A DNA stretch of 64,000 nt, taken from positions 52,080,001 to 52,144,000 of the forward strand of contig OZ024740.1 in the NCBI GenBank assembly GCA_964016885.1, given 5' to 3'. Source of the stretch: Eledone cirrhosa (taxonomy: Eukaryota). The notes under the pieces were generated by a model. The model was not told where the DNA came from. It worked only from the letters and a program-made list of their open reading frames with translations, and ran no database searches. Both the position numbers and the translations under genes were made by a program. Below, piece after piece: positions 28,991 through 44,306 of this stretch (its first letter is position 1; each line of letters opens with the position of its first letter).

Positions 28991-29364
28991 ACCTGGGTGG
29001 ATTTCATGAGCGAAAGGTACAGACACACATATATATATATGTATATATAAATGTGTGTGTGTGAGTGTGTGTGTATTATATATATATATATTTGTTTTTA
29101 TTTTTATATATATATGTATATAAATATATATAGAGAGAGAAAGAGAGAGAGAGTGGTAAAGGTATGTATGTGTAGAATATGTCTACATCCCACCTACGTA
29201 AAATGCAAAAATATCCGGCATAAGTAACGGCAAGGCATCACTGACTCCCGCTCTAACAAATGAGCTAATCCACCGTCCCAGTCCTCTCTTTTTGTGACGC
29301 TGAAAGTATGAAAGGCAAACGTGATCTCACGGAATTTGAACTGAAAGCAGATAGAATAACAAAT

Positions 29365-29530
29365 ACTTGTTTCTACTTTAGGCACAAGGCCAGCAAATAT
29401 CCAGTGCATTACTGGTACTTTCTTTTATCGACCTCGTAATGATGAAAGGCAAATTCAACCTCGGCGGAATTTGAACTCAGAAGAAATACCGCCAGGCATT
29501 TCGTCCTACGTTCTATCAACTCCGTCAAAT
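29365..29530 (-). mobile_element. SINE family 1 copy. Other copies about 33635-33870, 34783-34957, 36238-36372, 38488-38672, 43163-43325, 62520-63035
   Basis: Same B-box, central domain and GCCTTGTGCC...AGAAAC tail. Confidence 0.85.
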
Positions 29531-29566
29531 TTCAGCCTATATTTTATTTCCTTGTTTATTTCTGTC

Positions 29567-29598
<32 letters not shown>

Positions 29599-29809
29599 CG
29601 TGTGCGCGTCTGTGTGCGTGCGTCTGTCTATGTGTGTGTGCGTCTGTCTGTGTGTGTGTGTGGGTGTATGTGTGTGCGTGTGTGTTTGTGTGTGTGTGCG
29701 TGTGCGCGTGCGTGAATGATAGTAGTATCAGATTGATATGTAATGCAATTAGGCAAAAAAAGTATCTAATACTATTAAGTAGCGTGGAATCATATTCATT
29801 TAAATAGAT

Positions 29810-30430
<621 letters not shown>

Positions 30431-31209
30431 ACACTAACACACGGACAACCGGGCACACTCACACCTTTCACCCCGCACATACAGCCACCCTACACTACTA
30501 AAATTCACTGCTACAACACCTGTTCATTCCACTATGCCTCTGTGGTTTGTCCGCGGAGCACAGCCCCTTTACCACCGCGCCCTAGCCCCAGTGCCCAATC
30601 AACCTCCCCCTCCCACGCTTCTGTGACACAAGAGTCCTTGCCATTTTTACGTTTTCTTTATCTTTTTCATTTTTTTCTTTATATTTTCCTATTTTACATT
30701 CCATTCTTCTCAATCTAAATTTTCTTTATTTCTTCTGTTTCTATTAAGCTGTATCTACATGATATATTCCATAAAGAAAATTACCTATTTTTTTTTATGA
30801 ATGAATTCTACAACTAACACAATTAATATCACTAACTCACCGCCCCCCACCCACTTCTACCTGCCCGCACGCACGTCTGTGTTCTTGCGTGCGTGTGTGC
30901 GTTTGTATACGCACCAATAACCACACACCTAGACCTAACACACACGGTGGGATGTGCGCACGAATGTGTGTGGGTCGCCCCCGACTGTTTGTGGTGTGTG
31001 TCAACGCGTGCTGACACGGGTGTGCTTATGCTCTCCCACACACACCTCCACTAATAACACACTTGGTACACACACGCACTTAACCAGCCTACACTACCAA
31101 TACACACTAACCCCACACTAGCATAGCCAGAACACCCACAAATTCCACAACTACATCACTAACTCACTCCCTCACTCCCACTAGTGCGATTGTGTGTACG
31201 TATATATAT

Positions 31210-31300
<91 letters not shown>

Positions 31301-31688
31301 AAAGATTCAGGATCCCGACGGCTGAGCTCCTGCCGTTTCGACAGCTAGATACGAAGTTCATACACACACACACACAGACACTCACACACACACACATATA
31401 TATGTATATATATATACGTATATATATATATATATATATATAAGATAAAGTCTGGTAAAAAAACCAGGTGGACCATAACGCACCAGAGTACTCGATACTT
31501 GGGGTAGCAGAGTGGGTAATATGTAAAGATTCAGGACCCCGACGGCAGAGCTGTCGAAACGGCCTGAGCTCAGTCGTCGGGGTCCTGAATCTTTACATAT
31601 TACCCACTCTACTACCCCAAGTATTGAGTACTCTGGTGGGTTATGGTCCACCTGGTTTTTTTTTTACCAGACCCTAACTTATATATAA

Positions 31689-31850
31689 GGAAGACGCAGT
31701 AGAGGTAGACCACGTAAAACATGGGCGGAGGTGGTGAGAGCAGACCTCAGATCGCTGAACTCACCGAGGAGATGACGAAGGACCGTGACAAGTGGAGAGA
31801 TGCTGTGCTGAATGGGACCCGTCCCACCCTTGCATCATCACCATTTTACG
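31689..31850 (+). mobile_element. RTE-clade LINE 3' fragment
   Basis: GRRSRGRPRKTWAEVVRADLRSL...EMTKDRDKWRDAV followed by a (CAT)n-like stretch. Confidence 0.65.
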
Positions 31851-31886
31851 TCCTCTTTTCCCTTCGTTATATATATATATATATAT

Positions 31887-32078
31887 AATAGCTTTCACCG
31901 TATTTTTGACTAAAGAAATTTTAGTCTGATAATGGGGTTTAGAACCCTCAGATAAATGGAAAAAGATGAGTATTGACGTACATGTACGTCAATACTCATC
32001 TTTTTCTATTTATCTGAGGGTTCTAAACCCCATTATCAGACTAAAATTTCTTTAGTCAAAAGTACGGTGAAAGCTATT
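31887..32078. repeat. 192-bp loopless palindrome with a one-sided tail to about 32130
   Basis: 96-bp arms centred on GTACA|TGTAC with 2 mismatches seen; TA flanks. Confidence 0.92.
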
Positions 32079-32329
32079 CTATTTTCTAATTTCAAACCTG
32101 CTCACTGTTTCAAAACACACTTACTTGTCATATATACATATATATAACGAAGGAAGTGTGGTAAGGAACCAGATGGACCATAACGCACCAGAGTACTCAA
32201 TACTTAGGGTAGTAGAGTGGGTAATAGGAAAATTTTTAACTTCGACGGTAGAGCTCAAGCCGTTTCGATGGCTATTTCTGGAATAGCTGTCGGAACGGCT
32301 TGAGCTCTGCCGTCGGGGTTAAACATTTT

Positions 32330-32431
<102 letters not shown>

Positions 32432-33350
32432 GGCTTACTCATCTGTGCACTCACGCAACACCGGCACTATCCCTACCACCACACAGCATATAGACACACC
32501 ACCAACGCCGCCGCCGCCACCACCATCGCCATCGATGCCCCCCCCCCCCTCTCCTCCGTACGACTTTGACTCCGCCACACCGACTTTCTCCCCCAACATC
32601 CGTCCCTCAAACTCCATCTGACTGCTGTATATAACACCCACCCCACCTTCCTGTTCTTCCATAGAACTTTGTCACCACAATCCCCACCCCCTCACTCCCT
32701 GCAACTACCCACATTTATTTCTTTATTCCATTTCTCTATAGTTTTTCTATCCGGGTACACCCCTCTATTCCTTTAACCCCGGCCTTCGTGATTTTCGACC
32801 TCCTTTACTAGCCTGATCTTATCTGGATTAGACCCACCCCGGAGCATACGCACATGCGCACACATGTACACACGCACACACATGTACACACGCACACGTA
32901 TACAACTACACATACAACCACACTTTATACACCAACACACGCACACAAACATGCACACGTATACACGTATACATGCAACCACACAATACACACCAACACA
33001 CACACATGCACACACGCACACGTATACATCTATACATACAACCACACAATACACACCAACCACACATCCCCGCCAAACACACATACCAGTATGCAGACGT
33101 GCAAAAATATGCCCGAAGACACACCTCCACCAGCAACACACATAACACCCATCCACACCGTAATGTGTACTCCAGCTACGCAACACAGTACGTCGGCCAC
33201 CCCGCCGCCCAACCACCACTACCCCGCCGCCCAGCCACATACACACCGGACCACTCACCCTTTCTTCCCCTTTATATTTATATTTCTGTAATTTCTTTCT
33301 AACTTTGTTTCAGCTACCTGTTATCTATTTTTATTATTTGTTGCATTCTT

Positions 33351-33605
33351 AGGGTGAAGGCACATGGCTTAGTGGTTAGAGCATTGGGCTTGCAATCGAA
33401 AGGTTGTGAGTTCAATTCTCGGACCGGGTGATGTGTTGTTTCCTTGAGCAAGACACTTTATTTCACGTTGCTCCAGTTTACTCAGCTGTAGAAATGAGAT
33501 GATAGGACTGGGGTCCCTATCATTAAATTACCCAAGACACCTCCAACGAGATATACCATGGAGGAGGCCAGCTAAACCTGCATAGGTGTGAGCTGTCATA
33601 CACAC
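33351..33605 (+). mobile_element. tRNA-derived SINE family 2
   Basis: A-box TGGCTTAGTGG, B-box GAGTTCAATTCT, CCTTGAGCAAGACAC core; near-identical to 54766-55012. Confidence 0.88.
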
Positions 33606-34560
33606 ACATTCTTAGGATGGTGGATTGGTAGTATCTGTAGAGGGTCGGACACCATGCTTTGCAGCATAGAGTTACGGCCCTTTATGATCTGAGTTCAAAT
33701 CCCGCTGAGGCTAACTTTGCCTTTCATCCTTTCCCCTCCCCCCAAATTGCATCCTTACGGGGTCGATAAAATGAAGTACCAGTAATGTACTGGGATAATT
33801 GCTGGCCTTGTGCCTTACCCTTTCCCCTCCCCCCAAATTGCTGGCCTTGTGCCTAAATAAGAAACCATTATTTGTTGTATTCTTAATTCTTTAACGTTAT
33901 TTCCTTTGCTATTTTTTGTGTTATTCCTGATGAAGGGCAAATGTCCGATACGTTGACTATGTAACTCATTCTTCTTTCTCCAAACGTGAAACTAATACAT
34001 TTTATGTTATTGCACCGTCTTGTTTGTTCGATTCGCGTTTCCTTGACTTGTTTTGATACCACCACCAGTATATATATATAAATATATATATATATACAAG
34101 AAAGTACGTCCATAGAATCATTTGATAAAATATATACACTATTTCCTCTCCCAATCAGCATAATCAACCCAAATCGTGAATGGTTGCCAAAACCACATAT
34201 ATATATCTATGGCTCTGTCTAGTTTATGTATATGTAATTTTAGTATGTGCTGGTTGTTTACCGACACCACAGTATGCAGGTTGGAGCACTCGACGAAGTA
34301 CGCAGATTGGTTTGTTTACTCCGGAGTAATGTAAAATACAATAAAACTATGCATATATCAGATAAGTAGCACTCAACAGTTGGTAGAACTGGAGTATATA
34401 TAAAGAAGAAATTAAAAGATGGTTAAAAAAGTTCCATATAATTTATTATGCGCATTTCGAAAACAACATCATCCTGGGACAGAAATTGTGTTTCTCATCA
34501 GATAAAATAAGGTAACATGATATGAGACCTAAAAACACTTGTGAACAAGAAAGTGTCCAG

Positions 34561-34655
<95 letters not shown>

Positions 34656-35079
34656 GGTCTTTAAAGCGATGAAATACCAATGAAGGCTGGAAGATCACTG
34701 ATGAAGGACTAAATTTATTCATATGTAACCCATTTGCAACCACGCAGCACGCCATGTTTTCATATTTATATATATAGTAATAATTGTTTCTACATTTGGC
34801 ACAAGGCCAGCAATTATCCCAGTACATTACTGGTACTTTATTTTATCGACCCCGTATGGATGAAAGGCAAAGTTAACCTCGGCGGGATTTGAACTCAGAT
34901 CGTAAAGGGACGTAACTATGCTGGAAAGCATGTCCGACTCTCTACCGATACTGCCAATATAAATGTGAAGACTAAAATCTAAAGAGGGCTCGATAAGGAT
35001 AAATATATATCAAAAGATATCAGAAGATCCCGTCAAGGGTGAAAGCAGCGATTCTTTGCTTAAACTTTAATCTGTTATT

Positions 35080-35193
<114 letters not shown>

Positions 35194-35327
35194 TCAGGGC
35201 TTTTCTGTATATATACGGAGGAAATCACCAGAAAAGCCCTGATGATTTCCTCTGAATGAAACAGTTCTAATCCTGTAGAAGCCATTTCTATATTAAATAA
35301 ATATATATATATACATATGTGTGTGTG

Positions 35328-35376
<49 letters not shown>

Positions 35377-35780
35377 GCTCGTGCGTGTGTGTCGGTTTGA
35401 ACATAGAACAATAAAAAACAGAAATCAGGTGTTAGTAGATAGTTAGTTCATTGTTTTACGATCGTTTCAGAGAGTGGCTTGATCGATGGAGATTGCTGTA
35501 CCGACTAGTATGGTAATAATCAAATCACTACCTATTTCTAGTCTCGAATCCTTATTCAATCGGCCGTCTTCCTCAGTGGTTCTATGTATTATATATCGGT
35601 GTTCAGTAAATTACTGGTGGTGGTACCAAAAGAAGAACTCTATGCACAGGCAGATGCATGGGCGTCTGCTGGTTTGCCACAAACAACCTTGCCTCGGAAA
35701 GGAATTTTCTATGTGCAAATCCCATTGTCATTCGTGACCAAAAGGGTTTTTTACCCTTTACCATATATATATATATATAT

Positions 35781-36178
35781 ATTGTTATACTTTGAGAGGG
35801 TCATGTTGCCAATAAGAAACACACGCACCAGTTGCTTTCACTTCAATTTATTATAATCAATTTATAAATTTAGGAATTTATAAATTTCCGGTTGGTTGGT
35901 TGGTTCCACAACCAGATGATTGTTTATATATAAACAGTCACTGAAGAGGTCACAGAATGTGTGACGAAAGAACTTTGACGATATATAAACAATCATCTGG
36001 TTGTGGAACCAACCAACCGGAAATTTATAAATTCCTAAATTTATGAATTTATTATAATAAATTGAAGTGAAACAACTGGTGCGTGTGTTATTGGCAACAT
36101 GACCCTCCCAAAGTATTACAATATCGATTTCAACACACGTTTTCAGGTAAAGAATCTTGCTAAACAAATTCAGAAACG

Positions 36179-36180
<2 letters not shown>
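35781..36180 (+). mobile_element. Foldback PLE end (family E relative)
   Basis: Arms about 35781-35930 and 35982-36123, with a ~57-nt extra tail on the right arm; (TA)n on both sides. Confidence 0.85.
35937..35979 (+). ncRNA. Type I hammerhead ribozyme in the foldback loop
   Basis: GTCA-CTGAAGA-G-GTCACA-GAATG-TGTGAC-GAAA-GAACTT/TGAC; stem I GTCA:TGAC, 6-bp stem II, CUU triplet. Confidence 0.8.
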
Positions 36181-36218
<38 letters not shown>

Positions 36219-36627
36219 TAAAGGGTAAAAAAACAAAGAATTACGGCCCTTTATGGTCTGAGTTCAAATCCCGCCGAGGTTAACTTTGCCTTTCATCCTT
36301 GCGGGGTCGATAAAATAAAGCACCAGTAATACACTGGAATAATTGCTGGCCTTGTGCCAAAAATAGAAACAATTATATATAACAATTAGTTAGTCTTGAA
36401 ATGCTTTATTTAGAATGTTGCCCTGGAGTTTTGCCGGTGGGTTGTCGGTACCTTACGTAAGTATACATATTTAAATAATTGTTTCTACTTTTGGCACAAG
36501 GCCAGCAATTACCCAGTGCATTACTGGTACTTTATATATTTAAATAATGTTTACTCAGTTATTTCCACTCATTCACTCTCTCCCTTTCTCTTTCAACCTC
36601 TCCCTCACTATGTATATGTACACACGC

Positions 36628-36739
<112 letters not shown>

Positions 36740-36879
36740 CTGTGTGTGTGTGTGTGTATACCTATACATATGTATATATATATATTTGTATATAAGTATA
36801 TATATATATGTATATTTATATATTTGTATTAAGTATACGTATATGTATACATACATATATATAAATATACACACACGTG

Positions 36880-36912
<33 letters not shown>

Positions 36913-36946
36913 ATATATATATACAAATATGTATATATATGTATAT

Positions 36947-37002
<56 letters not shown>

Positions 37003-37623
37003 TCTCTTTATCCATGTTTATCTACTTATCTCTAACATACCTTGCTAGCTATCAATCACCAATCAATCTATATCAACGTAATATAATCTTATTCTCCCCC
37101 ACACTTTCTCGCCCACACACCTTCCTCTTCTCATTTTTCCTCTGCCTTATCTTATCCTAATTTTTTTTTATACATCTACCTATTTTATCCAATCTCCTCC
37201 TCTAACACTAACCTGATATCCCTCGTATTTAGCTGCTCTTTCTTTCTTCTTCTGTGGGTGTCACATTTACCCTTTTTTTGTTATATTCATCTATCAAGCA
37301 GATGTTCATTTATGTAACGTGCAACGTGATTGCTCGCCAAGTGAAAAGTTGGCGTTTCGATGCTCATGCCTGAGCATGTTTCTCTAACTCGGTGAATTGA
37401 CAGAATCAGTAGAGCGTCGGACAAAATAGTATGTGGTATCTTAGTTAAATCTCTTTACGTTCGAAGTTCAAATTCCGGTAGAGTCAACTTATATGCTGCA
37501 GTGATTGATAAAATAAAGTAAAGAGTTGTGTTCGGTCTATTTTGGCTTTGCAGCTTCAGTTATGAATTCTACTTAAAACCCTTGTCTCTCCTCCCCTCTC
37601 TCTATCCACGTTATCTTTCTCTC

Positions 37624-37660
<37 letters not shown>

Positions 37661-37687
37661 ACACACACAGACACACACACACACACA

Positions 37688-37747
<60 letters not shown>

Positions 37748-37846
37748 ATATATAAATAAATAAATAAATATATATATTCACATATATTCACACACACATA
37801 TATATATGTGTGTGTTTGCATGTGTATCTGTGTATGTTTGTGTGTT

Positions 37847-37884
<38 letters not shown>

Positions 37885-38100
37885 GGAAAAGACCCCGACG
37901 GATGTGCTCCGACCGTCAGAGTTCTGACTCTTTTCCCATTACTCTAAGTATCGAGTACTCTGGTGCGTTATGGTTCACCTGGTTCCTTACCACACTTTCT
38001 TTGTTATATATATATAACAAAGAAAGTGTGGTAAGGAACCAGCGTACTCCACGGGCAATATAAGATACATTCCCAGAGTTATTCGGTTCAATACAGGTCC

Positions 38101-38151
<51 letters not shown>

Positions 38152-38290
38152 GACACACGTCTTACGTGTGTTGTATTGAAGCGAATAACTATGTGTATAC
38201 TCTGGGGACGTATCTTATATTGCCCATGGTGTACGCTGAGAGATACAACCGGTCCTGGCATTGATAAATATGCTGGGTCCGTCAACTCCT

Positions 38291-38334
<44 letters not shown>

Positions 38335-38367
38335 GTATATATATATATACATATATATATGTATATA

Positions 38368-38426
<59 letters not shown>

Positions 38427-38453
38427 GTATATATATCTTATAAAACAAAGCAA

Positions 38454-38489
<36 letters not shown>

Positions 38490-39534
38490 GTTTCTATTTT
38501 AGGCACAAGGCCAGCAAATACCGAGTACATTACTGGTACTTTATTTTATCGACCCCGTAAGGATGAAAGGCAAAGTTAACCTCGGCGGGATTTGAACTCA
38601 GATCATAAAGGGACGTATCTCTATGCTTCAAAGCATGGTGTCCGACTCTCTACCGATACTGCCAATCCACCGATTCACCCACAATTTTGAAATAGCCTAT
38701 CGAGATTTCCTCATCTTATACTGTCCTCTCTTTATCTTATACTCTCCCCTCCCTCATCCCCCTCTTTAACCCTACCTCGACACCAATTCTACTCCTCCCC
38801 TCTTTTACATACTTTTGAACTCTTACTCGTCTAACGTCATTTCTTCATAACACGGTCTCTCACCGACACGAACACACGAACACATTTACATAGCCGCCCA
38901 CACATTCTCGTATTCACACTTACTCCCATATACATATGCTAACATATATTTGCACACACATGCAAAACGTCGCACTTACACACATCCACACACTCATACA
39001 CACATTCACACATTCACCCATACACGCAAATCCACTCACACATGTACACACATTCACATAGCCATACACGCTCACACCCACACATACAAACACTAACATA
39101 CCTATATATATATATACATGAATACAATGCCACACTCATACATGCGCGCGCACACACCCACACTAATACAGATATTCACACACTCACCTATACACCCTCT
39201 ATCATACACCCTCACATACAAACATTCACACACCTATATATATATATATATACATATACATATACATACATAAATACAATGTCACACCTACACACACACA
39301 CACACACAACCCCCCCCCCCCCCCCCACACACAGAGTCACGCAGCACTTTTATTTTCTAAAAATAAAATAGAATAAATTAAAGAATAGTTATTTTCATTC
39401 TACTACATTATCGTATGAGTGTCTCACTCAAGCTCGAGTGCCACATAATAGAACCCTGAGTTCCACTTAACAGAGCCCTACAGAAGCTTTTAGATATTTC
39501 TAGTTCACAAAAGAAGAAAAACCAGCAACAACCA

Positions 39535-39950
39535 GTTCTGTCGAGACTTCTGGCGTCTTATGTTCCCGCAGTGTTGATTTCCTTCGTAAAGTCGGAAAGA
39601 CAGTGACTCTGTTGTGGAATGAGCTCCGTGAGGTGGGGGTGGTCGTTGAAGCGGGTGTCTGGCTATTCTCCGAGGTAACGCTTTTGCCGTTTTGTTTGCG
39701 GGGAGCGGCTGAGGCACCGCTCAGACTGGGGTTTAGTGACTGTCTCTTCCCCTATCCCTTTCTTTCGCAGCTTGATCCTTCTTTCTTTTTCTCCTTTTCC
39801 TTTTCTTTTTTCTTCTTCTCTTTCTGTTCCCTTTAGTAGTGTGTTTTGTTTTTATTAGATACTGCTCAATTATTTTTTACATAACGTCAATGTCCTTTGA
39901 CGACAGTCTGAGATTTTTATATTGAATAAATTTTCGGCGAAAAAAAGACA
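39535..39950 (+). mobile_element. CRE-clade non-LTR 3' fragment
   Basis: Broken frame VDFLRKVGK...LKRVSLAILRGNAFAVL (RGNA motif), then AATAAA and an A-rich end. Confidence 0.55.
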
Positions 39951-40379
39951 AAAGAGCATAGCTTACCCCAATCTCAACTTATCCTAATAAAACTCACAGT
40001 GAAGACGAGTGGCTTAGATATTTGGTCCTTGGTCGTATCTTCCATTCCTGGAGGCGCGTTGACTCCTTGAACAAAACACTTTATTTCACTTTTCTCCAAT
40101 CCACTCAGCTGAAAAAAAAAAATCTAAAAAAAAAGAACTTTTTGACGCAGTGCCAGGCTTGATTTGTTTCTGAGGAATGCTCAGCCACTTACGTGTTCGT
40201 TTCACGAGTATGGTGTTGCGCTATTTCTACATACATTTGGAACAAAAGGCCCAACACACACGCCACATAAAACTCATAAATCCTTACATGGGTTCCTACT
40301 TCTCTCTATACCCACTCGGGATCTTCCTATGCATTGAGTTCTCCCATGATTTGTGGTCTCCCCAGTCTCTTTCTCTCTC

Positions 40380-40449
<70 letters not shown>

Positions 40450-40479
40450 TTTATAGTTATATATACACTATATACAACT

Positions 40480-40940
40480 ATAAACAGGAAAGGTCAGTAA
40501 TTTATTACTACCTTATTACCAGTAAGAAAAATAGCTCAATGTAAGAACATCAGATGTTTTACAGAGCAGGAATATAAATTACACAATAATCAAAACTATG
40601 TTCAAATCATTTTATTGCTGACAATCGTTTCTTCCAAACTTTCGTTTGGGATCCTCGGAACACAAGCAACATTTGGACATATAATTAACTTCCTATTCAA
40701 CTGAACAATCATATGGATACATGGATATTAATGTTGTTATTAACAGTTTCGTATTTACAGAGTGGAATGGATGTGACAGAGATTACAAGAGAATTGTATA
40801 ATAATTAAAGAGGCACAGGGTGGAATGCATATGACAGAGATTACAAGAGAATAGTATAATAATTAAAGCAGTATAGAGAGTGCAAATGCGTTTTTCACTC
40901 TCTATACTGCTTTAATTTTGATTATTGTGTAATTTATATA
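40480..40940 (-). mobile_element. Foldback PLE end (family H) with a hammerhead at 40616-40662 (U4>C)
   Basis: Minus strand TGTT-CCGAGGA-TCCCAAAC-GAAA-GTTTGGAA-GAAAC-GATT-GTC/AGCA; short inverted arm about 40914-40938 matches 40573-40595. Confidence 0.62.
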
Positions 40941-41386
40941 TATATATGTGTGTGTATGGGGGGGGGGGGGGGGGCGTGTAGAAATTCGTAGTTGAAAGAC
41001 CAAGGAAAATAGTGCTCAATCTGTTGGAAAAGAGCTTATTTAGTATAAACAAAGTTTCATACACTTAACATGTATGTATGACCATTGGTTTCGGAGTCCA
41101 GTTATAACCACCACTGTATATAGCAGGAGGTGCTTTTAAACTGGCCCCACTTCGGGCACGTAGACAAATATATGAAAAGGGAAGTACTTTCCACCGATGA
41201 TTATTTTTTCTAAACAGTGGAGATTTTCGGTAAGTACTTCCCTTTTCATATATCTGGACAACCAAAGCAAAAGCATAATGTTTTTTAGTCTGTGCCCTTC
41301 CACCCATACTGGGAAACTTTACCTTTTACTCAAATTTGTTGTCTGATGAAATCACAATATCGATGTCATTGAAATATGTATAACGG

Positions 41387-41446
<60 letters not shown>

Positions 41447-41610
41447 ATATATATATATATATATATGTGTATATATATATATGTAGAAGTCCTATTTAAA
41501 TTGTTGGGATACAACAAGCAAATATTTTTATAACTGATATAAAGCACTCAACAAATTATTGGAGTAAAAATACGATATATTAACAAATGGAAACTATATA
41601 TATATATATA

Positions 41611-42046
41611 TACGATATTAACAAATGGAAACTATATTTATAAAACCATATTTATTTCATTATACATATTTCAAGGATACCAAGTTAAATTATGGTATGC
41701 CTTCATCAGACAAAATACAATATATACCAGTTTTATAAATAAACATTGACGTACCCTTTCAAAATGCAACCGTTACTTTTGGAAGACATCAAGTAACGGT
41801 TGCATTTTGAAAGGGTACGTCAATGTTTATTTATAAAACTGGTATATATTGTATTTTGTCTGATGAAGGCATACCATAATTTAACTTGGTATCCTTGAAA
41901 TATGTATAATGAAATAAATATGGTTTTATAAATATAGTTTCCATTTGTTAATATCGTATATCTACTCCAAATACTTGTCGAGTGCTTTATATCAGTTATA
42001 AAAATATTTGCTTGTTGTATCCCAACAATTTAAATAAAACTTTTGC
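41611..42046. mobile_element. Family B foldback with HHRs on both arms (41653-41717 minus, 41852-41916 plus). Further copy 43716-43995 with HHR at 43844-43908 minus
   Basis: Essentially perfect 168-bp arms 41611-41778 and 41791-41958, 12-nt loop, ~88-nt tail on the right arm only. Confidence 0.92.
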
Positions 42047-42194
42047 ATATATATATATATATATATGTTAAGGCCAGTTATTACAACTGCGCCATACCAG
42101 GAGCATACGTTTCGTTGGTCCGGAGGTGCCAACTTGTTCAACTTGTGTCGATGGAAATGAACCGTAGTAACTGGCCTTAATAATTATATTAAAA

Positions 42195-42405
42195 GTGCGG
42201 GCGATTGGCAGTATCGGTAGAAGGTCGGACGCCATACTTTGCAGCATAGAGTTACGTCCCTTTATGATCTGAGTTCAAATCCCGCCGAGGTTAACTTCGC
42301 CTTTGATCCTTACGGGGTCGATAAAATAAAGTACCAGTAACGCACTGGAGTTGATTTAATCGACTTCCCCCCGCAATTGCTGGCCTTGTGCCTATATAAG
42401 AAACG
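42195..42405 (+). mobile_element. Full-length SINE family 1 with 16-bp TSD, inserted in a foldback PLE end (42067-42490)
   Basis: TSD AATAATTATATTAAAA at 42179-42194 and 42406-42421. Confidence 0.92.
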
Positions 42406-42528
42406 AATAATTATATTAAAACTCGTCCCACGGATTTGAGTTGCTGCTCTACACCTTGCATATCTTTACCAAACTATTATCACGATAATATCTCTACATA
42501 CAGTTGACATACCAGTATTTGTATATAC

Positions 42529-42999
42529 CAGTGGTTCCCCAACTTTTTTTCTTACAGCGCACTTTAGAACAAATAAACATGTGTTCCCACACTCTGTACC
42601 TAAATTTGAAAATGTATTCGAAAGAGGTATTTATACATATTTACATAGCATAATGTAGAACTATAGATATATTTCTTTATAGATAATTAAAAATTCACAA
42701 AAATTATATATACTTCCTTCTATAGTCAATAAATGGAGCACTTTATGAGATACATATGAACGTTATTATGTATTTTTCATAGAGTTACGGCCCTTGCCAT
42801 TCTGAGTTCAAATCCCGCCGAGGTTAACTTTGCCTTTCATCCTTACGGGGTCGATAAAATAAAGTACCAGTAATGTATAAAATAAAGTACCAGTAATGCC
42901 AAAAAGTAGAAACAGTTATGTATTTTTCACATTTCGAAATGGAATACTGGCGTTTTGCAGTTCATCAGCGGTCCGTGGCGTACCGTTTGGGAACAACTG
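42529..42999. mobile_element. hAT/Charlie-like MITE containing a truncated SINE (42780-42915, TSD TTATGTATTTTTCA)
   Basis: TIRs CAGTGGTTCCCCAA and TTGGGAACAACTG; the MITE's own TSD is not clean. Confidence 0.65.
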
Positions 43000-43990
43000 T
43001 TGTACATAAGTTGATGAATATTGTTGACTCTAATATATCACAAGTTTATATACCTATGATTTTGTTGTGTGATATCTTACTATATACACTAGTGTATATA
43101 TCAATATGGCTATATATACACACACAGGATGTGTTGAGAAATATTAATATTATTTAATAGAAAGGCGATGGATTGGCAATATCAGTAGAGGGTTGGGCGC
43201 CATGTTTGCCAGCATAGATTTACGTCCCTTTATGATCTGAGTTCAAATCCCGCCGAGGTTAACTTTGCCTTTCATCCTTTCCCCTCCCCTAAAATTGCTG
43301 GCCTTGTGCCTATATAAGAAACCATCATTATTATGATTAGTTTTTTTCTCTCATCGTTTTCTTTCTTTTCTTCTACAAATCCTCTCGGAACCCAGCATCT
43401 GTACCACCCAGGATCCCTTTCAATCATGTTTATTCATATATTTTCATATTTATATTTTTATTCTTACATTTATCTGCAACCCCTAAAAACAATTTTGTTC
43501 TCTTGATACAAGGACCCCCCTCCCCAATATATCCACTCCTAACCTTTTCAGTTTCACAAACTCCTTAATACACACATACATCAAATATTCCATTTGAACC
43601 ATTAGTATGAATGGTACGAACATTTTCTATTTTTAACAAAGTGAATTCATTTGAATCTTGATCTATTGAACCTTCACTACCATACCTTCACGAAGAACAT
43701 ATATATATACATGCAGAAGTTATATTTAATTTGTTGGGATTCAACAAGCTTAAAGGTTTTATAACTGATATAAAGCACTCATCTGTACTGGAGTAAATAT
43801 TCAATATATTAATAAATGGAAACTATATTTATAAAACCATAACTATTTTATTATATATATTTCAAGGGCAACCAAGGCAGTTTTGGTGCGCTTTCATCAG
43901 ATAAAATACAAAATTTGTTTTATAAATGTTGACATACCCTTAGAAAAACAACCTTGACGGTTGATTATAAATATAGTTTCCATTTAATAT

Positions 43991-44073
<83 letters not shown>

Positions 44074-44243
44074 AGACATTTTAATATACAAAAAAGCATT
44101 TTCTAAATATTTAATATTTAATATTTCATAACATTGTTATACCAATCGAAACGGGGTATAATTAATGCAACTATTATAAAATTGTTCATTCTGTCGGATT
44201 AAAGAAAAATATTCTTTAAATATACTTCTGTGCATTTTCACTT

Positions 44244-44306
<63 letters not shown>

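Noticed and set aside
33351-33430. tRNA genes at SINE heads (also 42195, 54766, 63356)
   Set aside because: A/B boxes are present but the cloverleaf is incomplete and continues into SINE body and tail.
34657-34715. Type II hammerhead (GAAA...CTGATGAAGGAC) in family D
   Set aside because: Stems I-III do not pair in the required register.
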